This document shows, piece by piece, positions 1 through 12,563 of a stretch of 64,000 bases of DNA. Origin of the DNA: Raillietiella orientalis (Eukaryota); NCBI GenBank assembly GCA_036172245.1, contig JAYWIR010000099.1:62001-126000 (forward strand), read 5' to 3'. A program made the translations under genes and the position numbers. Under the pieces are notes generated by a model. The model ran no database searches. It was not told the origin of the DNA and was given only the letters and a program-made list of their open reading frames with translations. Numbering within the stretch: the stretch's first letter is position 1; every line of letters begins with the position of its first letter.

Positions 1-270
1 TCGGATTACGATATTTGAGCAGCTGAGAAAACCTTTCACTCTCGCAAAGATGGCACCCGGCAGTCAGTGGGTAGGGGGTTGAGAGTCGCGCAGGAGTGCC
101 AATGTTCTCCCAATGGAACGCGACCCACGCCGCTTGGACTCTCTCGAAGACACGTGAAGAAATCTGACACCGAAGATGAGCTGTCGCTCGCAACGACCGC
201 GGTCGTCGCTTCGTCCCCGTGAAATCCATGTGTCCTTCTCCATGGAAGAGAAGACGGCAATTTACCTGCC

Positions 271-2643
271 GACCAGGTAAGCGAGTTTGACGTGTACACA
301 CGTCATGTGAAGGCGCCATTGTAGTGCGCTTGACGAATATATACGCCGTGCTGGAGAAAGCGGGGGTGGGATTACCATTTGGTACGAAAACACGAAATTG
401 TAGTAAAAAGTTCAAGCAATCTCATATAAATGTGTGCTTTACTTATATTTGGATCAAACCTGGAACGTACAATGACCTCATTAATTTTTTGTCAAAACAT
501 TTTCGAAGTGATGTAAGGTGTGCCAACCAAACAAAAGATTGTTTTTTCTTGCATGCTGGGTTTATATCATTCTCCTCGCTTAAGGCCTCAGATGTTAGTT
601 TTGCCTAATAAATTGGCAAAAAGTGATCCATCTTAAGATGTAAACGTAATTTTATTTTATATTTTTGCTTTTGCGGACTTCCTCAATCGTTATACCAACC
701 GGGTAAGGTGGTGTAAAAAGTCCTCGAATAATTGCTTTTCAATGTTATATTTCACCCTTTAGATGGCTGATTTTGATAGCGACGATGGTGCAGCTTTACG
801 TACTGGAAAGCGAAAACCTGTGCTCCGGATTTCGACATCTTCTGATGGAAGCAGCAGTGGTGAACCAGAGGAGGATCTCGATGGTGACGAGTCCGAAGAG
901 GGCTTTTACGGTGGCAGTGATAGGGAAGAGTGTTTTGGCAGTGACAGCGAATCGGAAGAGGAAGAGCAAGATGAAAGGTTCGAGTGGTGCACGGAGGAAA
1001 ATGGGCGAGCACCATTTGATTTCTCTGGAAAGCCTGGGCAGCGATTCAATGTGCCTACAAAATCAAGGAAGAACTGCTTGTTTTATTTGGATAAATTTTT
1101 GGATAATGAACTCATATCCATAATTGTGGAACAGACTAATTTGTATGCAACGCAATCCGTCTAAATCCATTCTTTGAAGAAACGATCGAGGATGAGAAGT
1201 TGGCATCCGACAGACAACGCAGAAATGAAATGTTTCATCTCAGTATTGATACTGCAAGGAATTGTCGGGAAGCCAAAACTTGGACTGTATTTCTCTAAAA
1301 GAGAAAGTGTATCCACTCCTTTCTTTAGCAAAGTGATGTCTCATCAAAGATTTTTGCTGATGTGCAAATTTATTCATTTTGAAGATAACCAAAGTATGAC
1401 TTCAAGGAGCAGAATTTCCAAAATCGAAAGCGTTTGGAAAAATATTCAGCACAAATGCAAATCCTTCTATATTCCAGAACAAGACATTTCTGTCGATGAA
1501 TCGTTTTCGTTGTGGAGAGGAGGATCGCCTTGTAAGGCTTCTAAAAGGAGTGGTTTCGGGATGAAATGCGAAAGTCAATCTGGATACATCTGGAATTTCT
1601 GTGCATACACTAGCAAAAACACAGAATGGGGTCAAAATTATCCTCAATATAGAACCGCGACTCGCATCGTTCTCGAACTTTCTCGTGACCTGTTAGGCCA
1701 GGGATATAAATTCTATCTGGATAACTGGTACACAAGTATAGAACTCGCTCAGAAACTATGTACTTGGAAGACGGACATCATTGGTACAATGCGACACCTG
1801 AGACTTGGCATTCCTGAAGATATGAAAAGAACTTCTCTAAAGAAAGGTCAGCATTGCAAGATATGACAACAAAATCATGTTGTTGAAGTGGCGGGGCAAA
1901 AGGGACGTACTGTTCCTCAGTACAGTACATGGCGCCGAAATGACGGAAGCAGAGAACCGACATGTCGTGAAAAGAAAGCTCGAAGTGGTTTCCGACTATG
2001 GGAAAAAAATGGGTGGAAGGGACAGAGGCGATCGTACCATTGCGGCGTATACGATGGCGAGAAAGAGGCTGAAGAAGTATTACAGGCAGATATTTTTGCA
2101 TCTTTTAGACGTCGTGTGCTTGAATTCCTATTTACTGTATGAAAAAGAACAGTGGGAAATTGAGTCTAAAATTGTCGAGGAATCTTCGACTCGGGAAGCT
2201 GACAGCTGACAGCTGACCGACCAACTGTGACTGCAAAGCCCACACGCCTCATCGGGAAGCACTTTCCAAGTTTTATACCGCCTACACCATCGAAAAGGAG
2301 TGCATCGCGGAGGTGTACCGTGTGGTGTTCAAAGCGTGGCATTCGTAAGGGAACACGATGTTGGTGCTCAACCTGCGAGGTGTCGCTTTGTGTCGTGTCT
2401 TGCTTTGAAAAATATCACACTGCAAAAGCAGATTGAGTTCCTCACGAGTTCTTTTTTTTTTCTTCTCTCTCTCCCGTGTGTGAAGTTTCTTGTTTTCTGC
2501 ACAATTGCGCAATTTTTATGATCTTTCTTTTCATTGAAATTTACAGCAGATGCATCCGCTGTGCGTTTGGCGTGTCAATTCGTCTTCGCCAATTTTCCAC
2601 ACGCACCCATTTTTCAAAAACAAAATCACTCGCTTTAGAGGTC
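271..2643 (+). mobile_element. Decayed piggyBac element with degenerate terminal inverted repeats
   Basis: gaccaggtaagcgagt (271-286) matches the reverse complement of 2628-2643 (gacctctaaagcgagt) at 12/16. A subterminal palindrome tgacgtgtacacacgtca is present. TTAA duplications are not intact. Confidence 0.55.
763..2436 (+). pseudogene. piggyBac (PGBD4-like) transposase, disrupted by stops and frameshifts
   Basis: Four consecutive ORF pieces (763-1164, 1174-1866, 1877-2209, 2227-2436). They show an acidic N-terminus, 'IVEQTNLYA', catalytic-type motifs SVDES, YLDNWY and MGGRDRGD, and a C-terminal Cys-rich domain (RRCTVWC...CWCSTCEVSLCVVSCFEKYH). Confidence 0.95.
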
Positions 2644-2949
2644 AAAGTTCAGAGGCCGGCCGCTTTCCACTGCTTCGTCGCGGTGTGGACCAAAACTTTG
2701 AGCAGATCTGAAAGTTCCTCCAGTTTCGTTCTCTCGTTCCCCTCGACGGATCTCGAGACTTCCAGCGGATGTCTTTGTGAAGTTTCGAGCCTTTTCCATA
2801 CGCTGAATAAAATCATAAAGTGCAATGCCTTTAGAGCCGTTGTACATCCCCGCGTACAGCCCACACGCAAAGAGTACGCGGGAATTTGCGTGATCTTGGT
2901 GAGGTTTGCGGAAATGGTGGCCCGCGAGCAGCCGGCTGCAGGATTTTTC

Positions 2950-3700
2950 CCGCCTTTGTTGAGAAGGCAAAGGAAATGCACCGCGCCTCAAGAAAGTGCT
3001 TCAGCGGGGCTCCTTCCCCGATGACTGTGGTCTCCGGAACCGCGAGTTTGTTGGTTTCTGGTCTTCCCGACGAGTAGCATCGTTCCTGGCTTCCCGGTTC
3101 CAGCTCCAAGGTCCGCGCAGGTGCCTTCCAAAGGGGCAGCCTTTCCTACTTTCGATTTCAGCTCTCTCCTGCCCAAGATGGGCTGCGTGGCGGCAACTCA
3201 CGGGAAAGAAGTGGCGGAGGTTCAGACTCGTGGAGGAAAACCTTTCGTCCGTGCCGAAGACCGGACGAACGAACTGCCCTTTTCACGTTCCTTTGCGCGG
3301 TTTCCATGCGGACGACCTTTCGCGTCCCTCGGCCGCTGGTCCTTCTCTGCGGGGAGTAGGGAAAACGGAAGCCTCGCTTGCCGAAGCGTTCACGAACTGA
3401 AATCCTGTGCGCGCGGCTGCGCTCCCGGAATGTTCCATAGGGAGGTGACAAGGTCCCAGCAGCCATAATAAGGATCAAGCAGCGCGCTCGCCAGCAGATC
3501 CATGGATGCATGCTTTGTACATCTCAAGCACAAGACCTCGTTCTGTGTAAACGGCGAGAAAACGGTTGCATTGCAAATGGAACGCGAAGGGAAGAGGACG
3601 GATGCCCAGCCATGAACTCCGTGGCCTGTGTTGGTGTGAAAGTACACCTTTGTGCTTGCGAACATCCATCGTTTGGTAGTAGGTAGCCAAGGAGACAGCC
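2950..3700 (-). pseudogene. Possible highly decayed APE endonuclease fragment of a LINE ORF2
   Basis: Correctly ordered but weak motifs across frames: YFHTNTGHGV, RGLVLEM, and SGDHS (SDH-like). Confidence 0.25.
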
Positions 3701-3739
3701 GCGTTGGCGGCCTCGTGGCTGCCGCCTCCGCTGGTCCAC

Positions 3740-4230
3740 CTGTGGGCTTGGAATGCGGCACGGATGGAAGCCCGAAAGCGGATGTCCTCCTGTTGACTGG
3801 CCGGGATTGGAAGTTGTCACCCGCGTGGGTACTCCGAGGACATCGAGGAGCCGTTTGATCCGGGGAGTCATACCCCGGGGAGGTTGTCCCTCCAGAGTGT
3901 CAACGAGTGTCGCGTTCAGCAGGCGTGCCAATATCAACGATTTCGTATTTATATTTTCAGTACAGAAATCCATCGCAAACAGTTCCCGGACGTATTCCGC
4001 ATTACACATCGAGGATGTCGACTTCAGATTGAGGAACCGAGTTCCCTTCGGGGAGCACCCTTCCGAGAAGTTGGGGCCTGTAACTTGAAGAGTTGCACGC
4101 ACCCTCGGATGGCGTAGGCGGCGTTAAAGAGCTTCTTGGGCTCCCCTAAGGAGGCGAGCGGTTCGTCAGTACTCCTTGGGAACCCCCCAAAAAAGAAAGA
4201 AAACCCGAAAGAAAAGGAAGAAAAAAAATA
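3740..4230 (+). repeat. Dispersed repeat B copy
   Basis: PVDWPGLEV motif, the 3' block taacttgaagagttgcacgcaccctcgg...aaagagctt...aaggaggcg, and an A-rich stretch, all shared with other B copies. Confidence 0.8.
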
Positions 4231-4544
4231 GCTCGAAGGAAAGCAGCGAAAACGAAAGGGCACTTTGTGCAGGTCCCCGTATACCGCTGGGCATGTTTTG
4301 CATTCCGTATTATACCATCCCTATGGGCTATGCGTGGATCATGCGATTGTGAGTGAAACGTGTCTCTGAGAGGTCATGATGATGATTCCTCCTCCTCAAA
4401 AGGTGAAAGGAAAGCTTCAAGTGACTGTCGAGCTGAAGCCAGAAGACGAGCTTTTCGAGTTTTCTTGTGGACTTCAGTGTCGTCGTTTGAGACGCACATC
4501 TTGTTGGGCAGCTTTATCCATGGAAACATGGAGGAATTGGACTC

Positions 4545-4926
4545 CAGTGGTACCCCGGTATTCGACGGTGTCAGAACTCGTCAAACTCAGTACTCTTCGC
4601 AGTTTGAAGAGAGGAAAAAAAAATGTTGCGACACTCGGCGCATGCTCGGAACTCGACATCACCCCACCCACTCAGATGAAACGAGTGAACTCTTTCGTCC
4701 CACGGTGGCCCGCGGACAGTGCCGAGCACTTCCTTATAGGGTGCCTCCCGAATCGTTCCCCTTTTCTGTGTGCTTTCTGTGCAGTTTGAGCGTTAATCGT
4801 GGGTCCTAAAAGGGTTGAAAATGATACCACGAAACCTAGGAACAAACTCGTTCGGTACTCGTCGGCGATTTCGGCACTCGTCACGAGTCTCGGAACGAAT
4901 TGCCGACGAGTACCGAGGTACCACTG
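4545..4926. mobile_element. MITE-like element with pogo/Tigger-type TIRs
   Basis: cagtggtaccccggtattcgacggt matches the reverse complement of the right end (cagtggtacctcggtactcgtcggc) at 21/25. Internal perfect 15-bp inverted repeat at 4852-4866/4902-4916. TA TSD not intact. Confidence 0.7.
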
Positions 4927-5824
4927 CATTTGGATGGAACGGAACTCAGCTGGTCGTGCCGTGTGCGCCGCGTTCCTTTCTAGAGCTCCGTCGAGTGCCG
5001 AGGCACCCACGTGGCGGCTGCCCCGCAAAATCAAACTTTGAGTGCAGCGTGCCGTACGAATTTATCGTCGCCCGGTGTCGACGACCCACGCATTCTGTCG
5101 GTGCAGCCTCCGCGGAATTGGTTTCCTCCGGTAGGGTCGGACCTTTGTCGTTCCTTTCTTATTCCCGTTGGCAACACGGCTTTGCACGTCGGATGACTTC
5201 TTGATGCTCGTCGTGAGGTTTTGCGGAGAGGTCGAGCCCGAACGCTGCATAGAGGATTTTTCTCAAGTTCGCTGTTTGCTGCTCTCTGGATTGAGAACCG
5301 TCCTTGCAGACAGCAGCAACAGGGTCATCTGGTGCCGAAAGTTCATCTTTGGGCGGCTTAGGACTTTCCTCGTCGGCAGGAGGCAGCTACGGTCTCACCA
5401 AATCGTCGATTGGGCGGTGAAGAAGGATGCTACAGACTTTTAAGTCGCTACACGAAATCCAAGTTCAATGCATCATTCGTTCTTCCTGTACTTACCTGGC
5501 TTCGAGGCGATCTTGGTCACCATGGAAATCCCTCCAGAGTGAGGCTCGATCATTGCACTGCGATTGGGCTGACCTCTGCGATAACCCCAAACGTGGGTTA
5601 CTCGGAAGCATAATTTTTTTCGTTATTTCTGTCTTGGTGACTGTTCGCCCATGACCCCTCTCCATTCTTGTGGAAAAGAAGGCAGACGAAACTCTCCTCG
5701 GAGCATCAGCTGCACAGTCATTACCGATACCGACGGTAGCTGATTCCTCTTCTTCCCTGGCCCTGTGGCGATCGTTCCCTCTCACTTCCTTTTCCTTTTT
5801 TATCTTCTGCAACAGGGTGTAACG

Positions 5825-5990
5825 CCCTGTTGCAAGATGACGCTGGTTGGCTCATTCGGATGTGGCACGGGTGGAAGTTGGACGCCCCACTGATTGGACG
5901 GGATTGGAAGTGGACCCCTCGGGATCCTTCCAGGACATCAAGGAGCTCCTTTGGAGCTCTCCTCAGGTTGTCCGTTGGCGGACGGTGCCG
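5825..5990 (+). repeat. Dispersed repeat B fragment
   Basis: QDDAGW...PTDWTGLEVDPSGSFQDIKE motif. Confidence 0.8.
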
Positions 5991-6039
5991 ATCCTCGATG
6001 GAGGAAAGAGTGGTTTCATCGATTCCAGGCGAAGGACAG

Positions 6040-6395
6040 ACACCCCGCGGTGGAGTGCGACCTGCTTGGACGTGCCCCCACCCGAAGGACTCGCAGTCCC
6101 TTCCTTGCTGCGTTGGAAACTCGGAATCTTCATTACTGCTACAGCACTGGGCGTTCCGATGCGACCAGCGCAAGCACTGGCACTCCTGTCGGACTGTAGT
6201 ATCCTGGAGGACACGTAGACAGGGGAGCCGTGGGAGCTGTGATCACAACGACCTATTGACTCCGAGCCATGATGACAGCCCCGCCATGTCTTGGAGTCTC
6301 GTTCGCAGCCAAGAGAGGTCACGACCGTCTACTTGAGGACGATCGTGCTGCGAGGTGACCTCACCTGCCAGAAGTAGCCAGGAAGATCGCCAGCA
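6040..6395 (+). mobile_element. Family A (A2-type) ORF2 C-terminal fragment, internally deleted
   Basis: LLLQHWAFRCDQRKHW motif. 6240-6395 aligns with 43360-43530. Confidence 0.7.
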
Positions 6396-6477
6396 TGTAA
6401 TTTAGTTATCCTTTAAATAAACCCTGTCTCTGTCTGACCGAGTACAAACAAAGAGTTGGTGCCGGTCTTCTGCTCAT

Positions 6478-7830
6478 TGAGCCCCAGGGACCAAACGGGC
6501 GCCTCGTTCCAAGAAACCCGCCTATGCTGCGGCGAGGATGCGGTTGGACCGGTTCGAACAGATCCGGTTGGATCCTCACCCGTACGGCACACGCTCGATA
6601 AGAGTTCCCAGTTCGAAACACTGGTGCCAGGCGTGCCTGGCACCAGTGTGAAGGTGGTAGCGCCCGCGCGGACCGGTGTCGCGGGTGCTGGGCGCAGGAC
6701 GAGGACGGTGGATCGATCCATCCGAGTGCTGGTTGCCTCGGTAATGGCAATCTTCTCCCCCGTTCCTCCTCTTCCTCATACTCCTCTTCCTCTTCCCTTC
6801 CACCTCCTCTACTCCCTTCCTCTTCTTCTTCCTCCTCTTCGTCGTCGTCGCCATGATTCCCCCGCGAGCCACCATCCTCGTGATCACTTCGGGGTGGTGG
6901 GCGCTTGGCCTCATCCGACGTAGTGTACGAGGGAAGACCCCCGTTCCAAAGTGACCTCGACCCGTTGTCGAAGTTTGGGTGGCCGGCGAGGCTACGCGTG
7001 CCGGTAGAGTGCCGACCTGCCTTCGCCGTGCCCGAGTGGCGGCTCCCTCCGGGCAGGGGATTCCACGTGTCTGTAGACTCCCGTCGCGGGTGTCCCCGTC
7101 CGACCGGGAGTTGCCTCTGCGGCGCATTGGGCGGCGACGGCCGCCGTCTTGAGGGCTCGTGGTTTCCGCCATCCAGCGTAATGACGGCGTCCGGGGCTGC
7201 TTCCTGTGAGGGGCGGAGGAAGGGGAAGTTACCGCGGAGGGGCGAGGAGACTTTCCAAAGGGGCTGCCTCGCGTGCCTCTGTCATGGGCGTAGGGACGCG
7301 GGTGCTCAGACAGATACGGGAGAAAACGTGGGGAGCGCCGTTTCCTCGGTTCCAGCGTAGCGTCGTAGGATAGCAGGGTACAGTGCCGGCCTTATTCGCC
7401 CTGAGCCCTAGGGACCAAACGGATGCCTCGTTCCAGGAAACCTACCTGTGCTGCGGTGAGGGTGCGACCGGATCGAACGGCTCCGTGTGGATCTGCCTGA
7501 CGCGTACGGCACGCGCTCATCGATGAGACTTGCCCATCTCAGTTGCGAAAGGAGCCTGGGAATCCGAGGTGGACATCCGAGGAGCGCAAGGAATCTTCGC
7601 TGCCGTTCGAAAGGTCGCAAGCTGCTTGACCCGTGCGGCAGGTTCGAAGGGGAAACGATCTTGAGCGACCCGCCGCACGGTGGCTCGGCAGATACGGAGA
7701 TTCTCGCTCGCCCGAGCGAAGTGAAAACCAACTCTTGCGGAAGGGTGCGAATAGATGCAGCGAGCAAAAGCAAACGCGCACAGCGGACTCGCAGCACGCC
7801 GCCGGAGAAACGCAGCGCCGGAAGACCATA
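6478..7830 (-). mobile_element. Two related ORF1(gag)-like LINE fragments
   Basis: 6478-6620 and 7402-7550 are diverged direct repeats. The minus strand gives LxAAxxGFLERGxRLVPxAQ after a degenerate zinc-knuckle-like segment. Confidence 0.4.
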
Positions 7831-9659
7831 TTGAAAGGGAAACCCTCCCGCTGTCTGCACGGGTTGCGGGCCTGTCAGCAAGGTGGAGGAGGGGCTAGAG
7901 GGTGTGTGGTCTTTTGTCGCGGGTCGTTCTTGGGGCCCGCTGCTCGCACGACGACTAGCAGCGCGTCGTCGGTTCGTTTCCTCTGATGAGCAGTCCCGGC
8001 GATCGTCGGTCGACACATTCAGGAACAATTATCTGGAAGGGCTCGCTCTTTCTTGCCTTGAACCTGCCTTCAGCACCATGCTAGGTGGATGGATGGCAGA
8101 ATGGGTCAGGGGATTCTCACGTTTCATTTCCGATGATTGCTTCGCTCTAGGCAGACGGTGACTTTCTTGGAACGGATGCAATGCGAACGCGAGGCGGGGG
8201 GGAGGGGGGTCACGTCGGGTCCTCGCGAATTGCAGAGCAGCAGCCTGGAAACGCCAGTCTGGAAATTTAGCGGCAAGGATGCTTTGTAATAAAGGGAGCC
8301 GATATCAGCTCTTGATCTGTTAATGGCGAGAGCAAAGTGCTCTGATAGTGGGGGAATTCACAACAGCAACAGCGCACACACAAAAACGGCCCTCCATGTG
8401 GAGATCGAAATGTTCCAAACTGGAAAATTCAAGAATAGTAATGATAATGAACACTGATGATGCCGAGAAGTTTCGCTGAAGCGTGTTCCGTGGATGCTTT
8501 GCTCGCTTTCGGAGCATCCTGCTGCCGGCTGATGCAGTGGCTCCAGGAGCGAAGACGTAAAATCCATAACATGATTTATGGAAGGTTTTAACTATTGTTC
8601 CAAGTTTTCAGAACAGCCAGCATTATCGGCCGGCTTCGCATAATGGAATCCTCCTCCAGCCTTTGCCCTGATCTCATCCCGGTTGGGCTGCGGATTCCAG
8701 AAAAGAAATGTGTAAACTTTGTAAACGAAGAAGAAAACAGCGAAAGAAAAATTCCCGTTCGAGTTCCGGACAAATTTCACCGCCCGTGAGAAATTATCCC
8801 GCTTTTCTAATAGAACCCATTGCTTTTCCGTGGTGCCGTTTTGATGGCGCGCTTTGTCGTTCGAGATTTACCGGGAGCTGGAGCCAGCGCGAGCATCGTT
8901 CATCTTGGTGCAGCCACGGAGGGAGCACGCCGAAACCTGGCGAAGAGCTCTGCGTCATCTCAGCGGGCATCTCCGCCACCAGACTCTGTTCGTACTATGA
9001 CGTCGAGGTCACCGGTGGTTTCCTTCCCCCTGAAAGTGCTCTTTCCGATCAATGCTGCCAAATGAGCGCGCTCTATCTCCTCGACATAATTCTGTTAGGA
9101 CACACACGTGGCTTTCCTTTCCCCCAATGTAAGGCTCCCCAATTGCTGTCCGATTCCGTTCGTCACATATTCAATCCCGTCTTTTTGCTTTCAATCCTCG
9201 AAATCTGCTTCACTTCATCGCCCTCGCTCAAGCGAGATGTCTGAATGCATTCTACCACCCTCATGCTTCGGATCCTCAATTAGACCGCACAGAGGAGCAC
9301 GCTTCAATCCCTCCCTCCCCTCTTTGCTCCAGCATCCCGAATTCCTGCTTTGGCAGGAGTCGTCTTTCCTTCTTTCGGCATTCGTTGTGGCACGCTTTGA
9401 CCGACGTCCGCATCACCTCGGACCACATCTCGTTCCGTCTTCACCCTCGGCATCTTCCCCGATTTGGATCTGCTTCCCGTTCCACTTCGAGAAAGCCTCG
9501 CGGGTTCTATCAAATCGATCTCGAGCTTCATTTCTTCCCAAATCTCTGCTTCTCCGTGCGTTTTCCTCTCAGATTCTGCTATGTTTCACTCCTTCCCCCA
9601 TTTGTGAACAGAGAGGGCGGCAGTTTGAAACGGTCGTTCTCTTTTGAAGCTTCAAAGAC

Positions 9660-9760
9660 CACCCTCGTCCCGTCTTCCTCCCGTTCTGCATCTTCCACGG
9701 TGTTCCGGAGGGCTGGTGTTGGACAGTTCTGTTGCTGCATTGGGGTCTCCCTTCTTTCAT
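9660..9760 (+). mobile_element. Small family A fragment
   Basis: ctgttgctgcattggggtctc (LLLHWGL), near-identical to about 11898-11918. Confidence 0.5.
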
Positions 9761-11292
9761 CGCGTTCAGCCTCTCCACGAACGCACAGACATCAGCTCAG
9801 CGGCAAACTTCAATCCACGTCCACTTAGGTGAACGAACTGGAAAGAAATTCTCCAAATGGTACCTTTCCGATTCTTCGAAACCGCGCGGGCACGCATCTC
9901 TTGAAATGGGAAAACCGAATCAGCTACTATCTTGGAAAGGAAGAAAAAAAAAGGATGCATGAAGAAGCCATAAAACGCTTGTGGAATACTTTCGCTGTGA
10001 GTATGTGAGATGTGTCAAACATCTGTGCCGGACGTGCCCATCATACCAAACAATGACGCATCTGACGTGACGCTTATGTGTGTTCTTATTTTGGTTTGAA
10101 GAGAATTGCCTGAGGAATTCCGGAAACGAACACGAATTTATAGTTTGCTTCGGATGGCGTGAGCGGCGTGGTGACCTGACCATTCACATAACAAAAGCTC
10201 TTTTATGGATGAAAGAATTTGCTGCTCCTCGAAAACACCGATGTCAGCTGCAGCTGAAAAGAGACTCCTTAAGCATCAGCGTGCATCACGCTCGGAAAGC
10301 AAGTCGCTGCCACGAAGGTAACACGCAGAGGGGAAGATGCTGTGTCCCGAGATGGAAGGTGCTTTTCGATGAAAGCACGGCGGAATCTTCGGATGATGTC
10401 GAACCGTGAAAACGCGAGGTGCCCAACGGCCCTCTTTTGAAACGCGCGAGAGATGAAAGTCGGTTGCTACTCACAACCCTTCCGAAGCCGGCCCTCGTTT
10501 CCCGTGCTTCGGTAGATCGGTGCGTGGGCGGCAACGTACCAACATGAGGTAAGTTCTGCGAAGCAGACTCGGGAAGACGAACTGCCCGAAGACCTCGAGG
10601 CCATCAGACTGCTGATGGCGGGATTCACGCGAGAATTCGCGGCAGCAGCACGAAAACGCAAACTCGAAGGGAGCTGGGGAAACTTGTGCAGCTTCCTGAA
10701 CCGTTATGGGGAGCATGTTGCATCCGGAGACATCCGCATCGGCACCTAGCAGCAGCCTGCGTACCTCTTCGCCATCCGAAGGAGCAGCCCAGCCGAGAGA
10801 CGGACACGGTCCCCTGCAAACCGAACAACTTTGGAAAAGCGGAGCACCCGAGGATCTCGCAGCTGAGCGTTCGGCGTTCTTCGCAGCAGAAGTTTCCGCG
10901 TGCGAAGTCACTTGGAAGGGATAGAAGAAAATCCCAAAGGCGAACTCGTCAACTCGACGGCTGTGGATGGCCTCCACAGAAGGTACCGAGGAAACTGCTT
11001 CGAGGAAAGAATTCTTCTAGGAATGCCCACAGAGACACACGGGCTCATCTCCCCGGCGTTCCCTTTCGATTCCTAAATGATTTCCAAAGCGAGAGACTTT
11101 TGTATTTAGTTTTACGTCCGCTTGTTTGCGGTCCTCCTAGTCCCCGTGAGCCCATCCTTGGGATGTTATAAAGCGATCCTTCGTGTGCATCGCAGAATAG
11201 GCTGCTCACTACGCGCAGGTGAACGAGGAAGGAAAAACAGAAACGGCCCTGATCCCCTTCTTGAGGGGGAACACGTCGTGTCGTCGCCCTTT

Positions 11293-12563
11293 ACCTGGGG
11301 AGATACGACATGGCTCCCGTGTCTCATCTCCTTAGATCTCCTTTGCCTGCGTCCTTCAGAGATGCAGACGCGCGGGAGCCAACCGATAGTCTCCTTCATA
11401 GGCCATTCCGCCATTCTTCTTCCGCCTTTCCCAAAGAGGACGGTTCTGGTCAGCCAGCTGGTTTCACGGCATCCGACACTCTGCTTTTTAGGAGTCGGTA
11501 AGAGTGGGGCCGTGCTGGCACTGCACTTTTCTCGCTCACGACAAGCACCCAGGCGTCAACGGGTGCAAATCAAGGAAGGAAGCCGGGAGGGAAAGCTGTC
11601 CCGTCAGAAATGCTGCTGGCTGCGACGTCACGGTTCCAGAGGTCGCAGCCGGTTCGTTTCCGGAGGGCCTGTGCTCCGCAGAATTTCCGACTCCCCTTTA
11701 CCCCTTTCTCTGGTAGGGGAAGAGGACTGGGTGAGTGGACGACGGGCCAGCTAACGTACGCTGCGACCCGGAATGCCCCTCCCCGAGGACACCTTGGCGC
11801 TGGGACGAGCTGCTGGGCATTCCGGAGGAAGACCTTCAGTGATCCCTGGTGCTCATGAACCCTCCCCATCCCCTTTAAGTGGTAGGAGTCGGAGCTGTTG
11901 TTGCTGCATTGGGGTCTCGCGTGCAGCGACCCCGGCATCGCTAGATGCTAGGGGGGCAGAATGTGGCAGGTGCGGGGAGCAGGAATCCCTCCCGCACCTC
12001 CTGGTGGACTGTGTTTCCCGCCAGCCCCTTTGGGAACGCTCTGCCGCGACCCCTGGAACCCCTGGAGGCAACTCCAGGGACGCTCTGAAGCCCCTCCTCG
12101 TTCGCGACGCCCTTCTGCCGGCAGCCTCGCCAGCAGATTTCGGCTTCCTACGCAGGATCTCCACTAACTGGAGCCACTCAAGAGGAGGACCGAGCAACAG
12201 GGATTCCGCATCCACTTCGCTTTCTACGGATAGCGGTCAGGTGACCCCACCTGGGCATCTATATAAAGCAAGACCTAGCCGGCATACTCCAAAGGCTGCA
12301 GAAGACCAACCCCAGCATGCTGTAATCCCTTTCCGTATCCGCAACCCCCCATCCAGATTGTTTTATTTTTGTTTTGTTTATTTTTCTTTTTGTTTGGCCC
12401 TTTACCTCTGCAGCCGTGGTGGACCTCAGCGTTCGATGCAAACCGGTAAAAGGGCAGAGTATCTACAGAAAGAACGTGGTTGGACCCCGGGTCCAACCAC
12501 GTTTACAAATTGCAAATGCTTATTCTGTTTCTAAATAAACGTCCCGGCGAACGCGGGTGGAAA
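11293..12563 (+). mobile_element. Family A (A1-type) 5'-truncated L1/Tx1-like retrotransposon
   Basis: zf-RVT-like CGRCGEQESLPHLLVDC, T-rich 3'UTR, and end aataaacgtcccggcgaacgcgggtggaaa. The 5' boundary is tentative (possible TSD cgtcgcccttt/cgtcacccctt). Confidence 0.85.

Noticed and set aside
7983..8030. Hammerhead ribozyme core (CTGATGA) suggesting Penelope/Terminon elements
   Set aside because: There is no properly placed GAAA or flanking stems, and it is not conserved in repeats.
8990..9090. Minus-strand TFRGKETTGDLDVIV resembling the DNA polymerase X nucleotidyltransferase motif
   Set aside because: It is a short frame bounded by stops with no other PolX motifs. The upstream EIERAH...VIVR fits a LINE ORF1 remnant at least as well.
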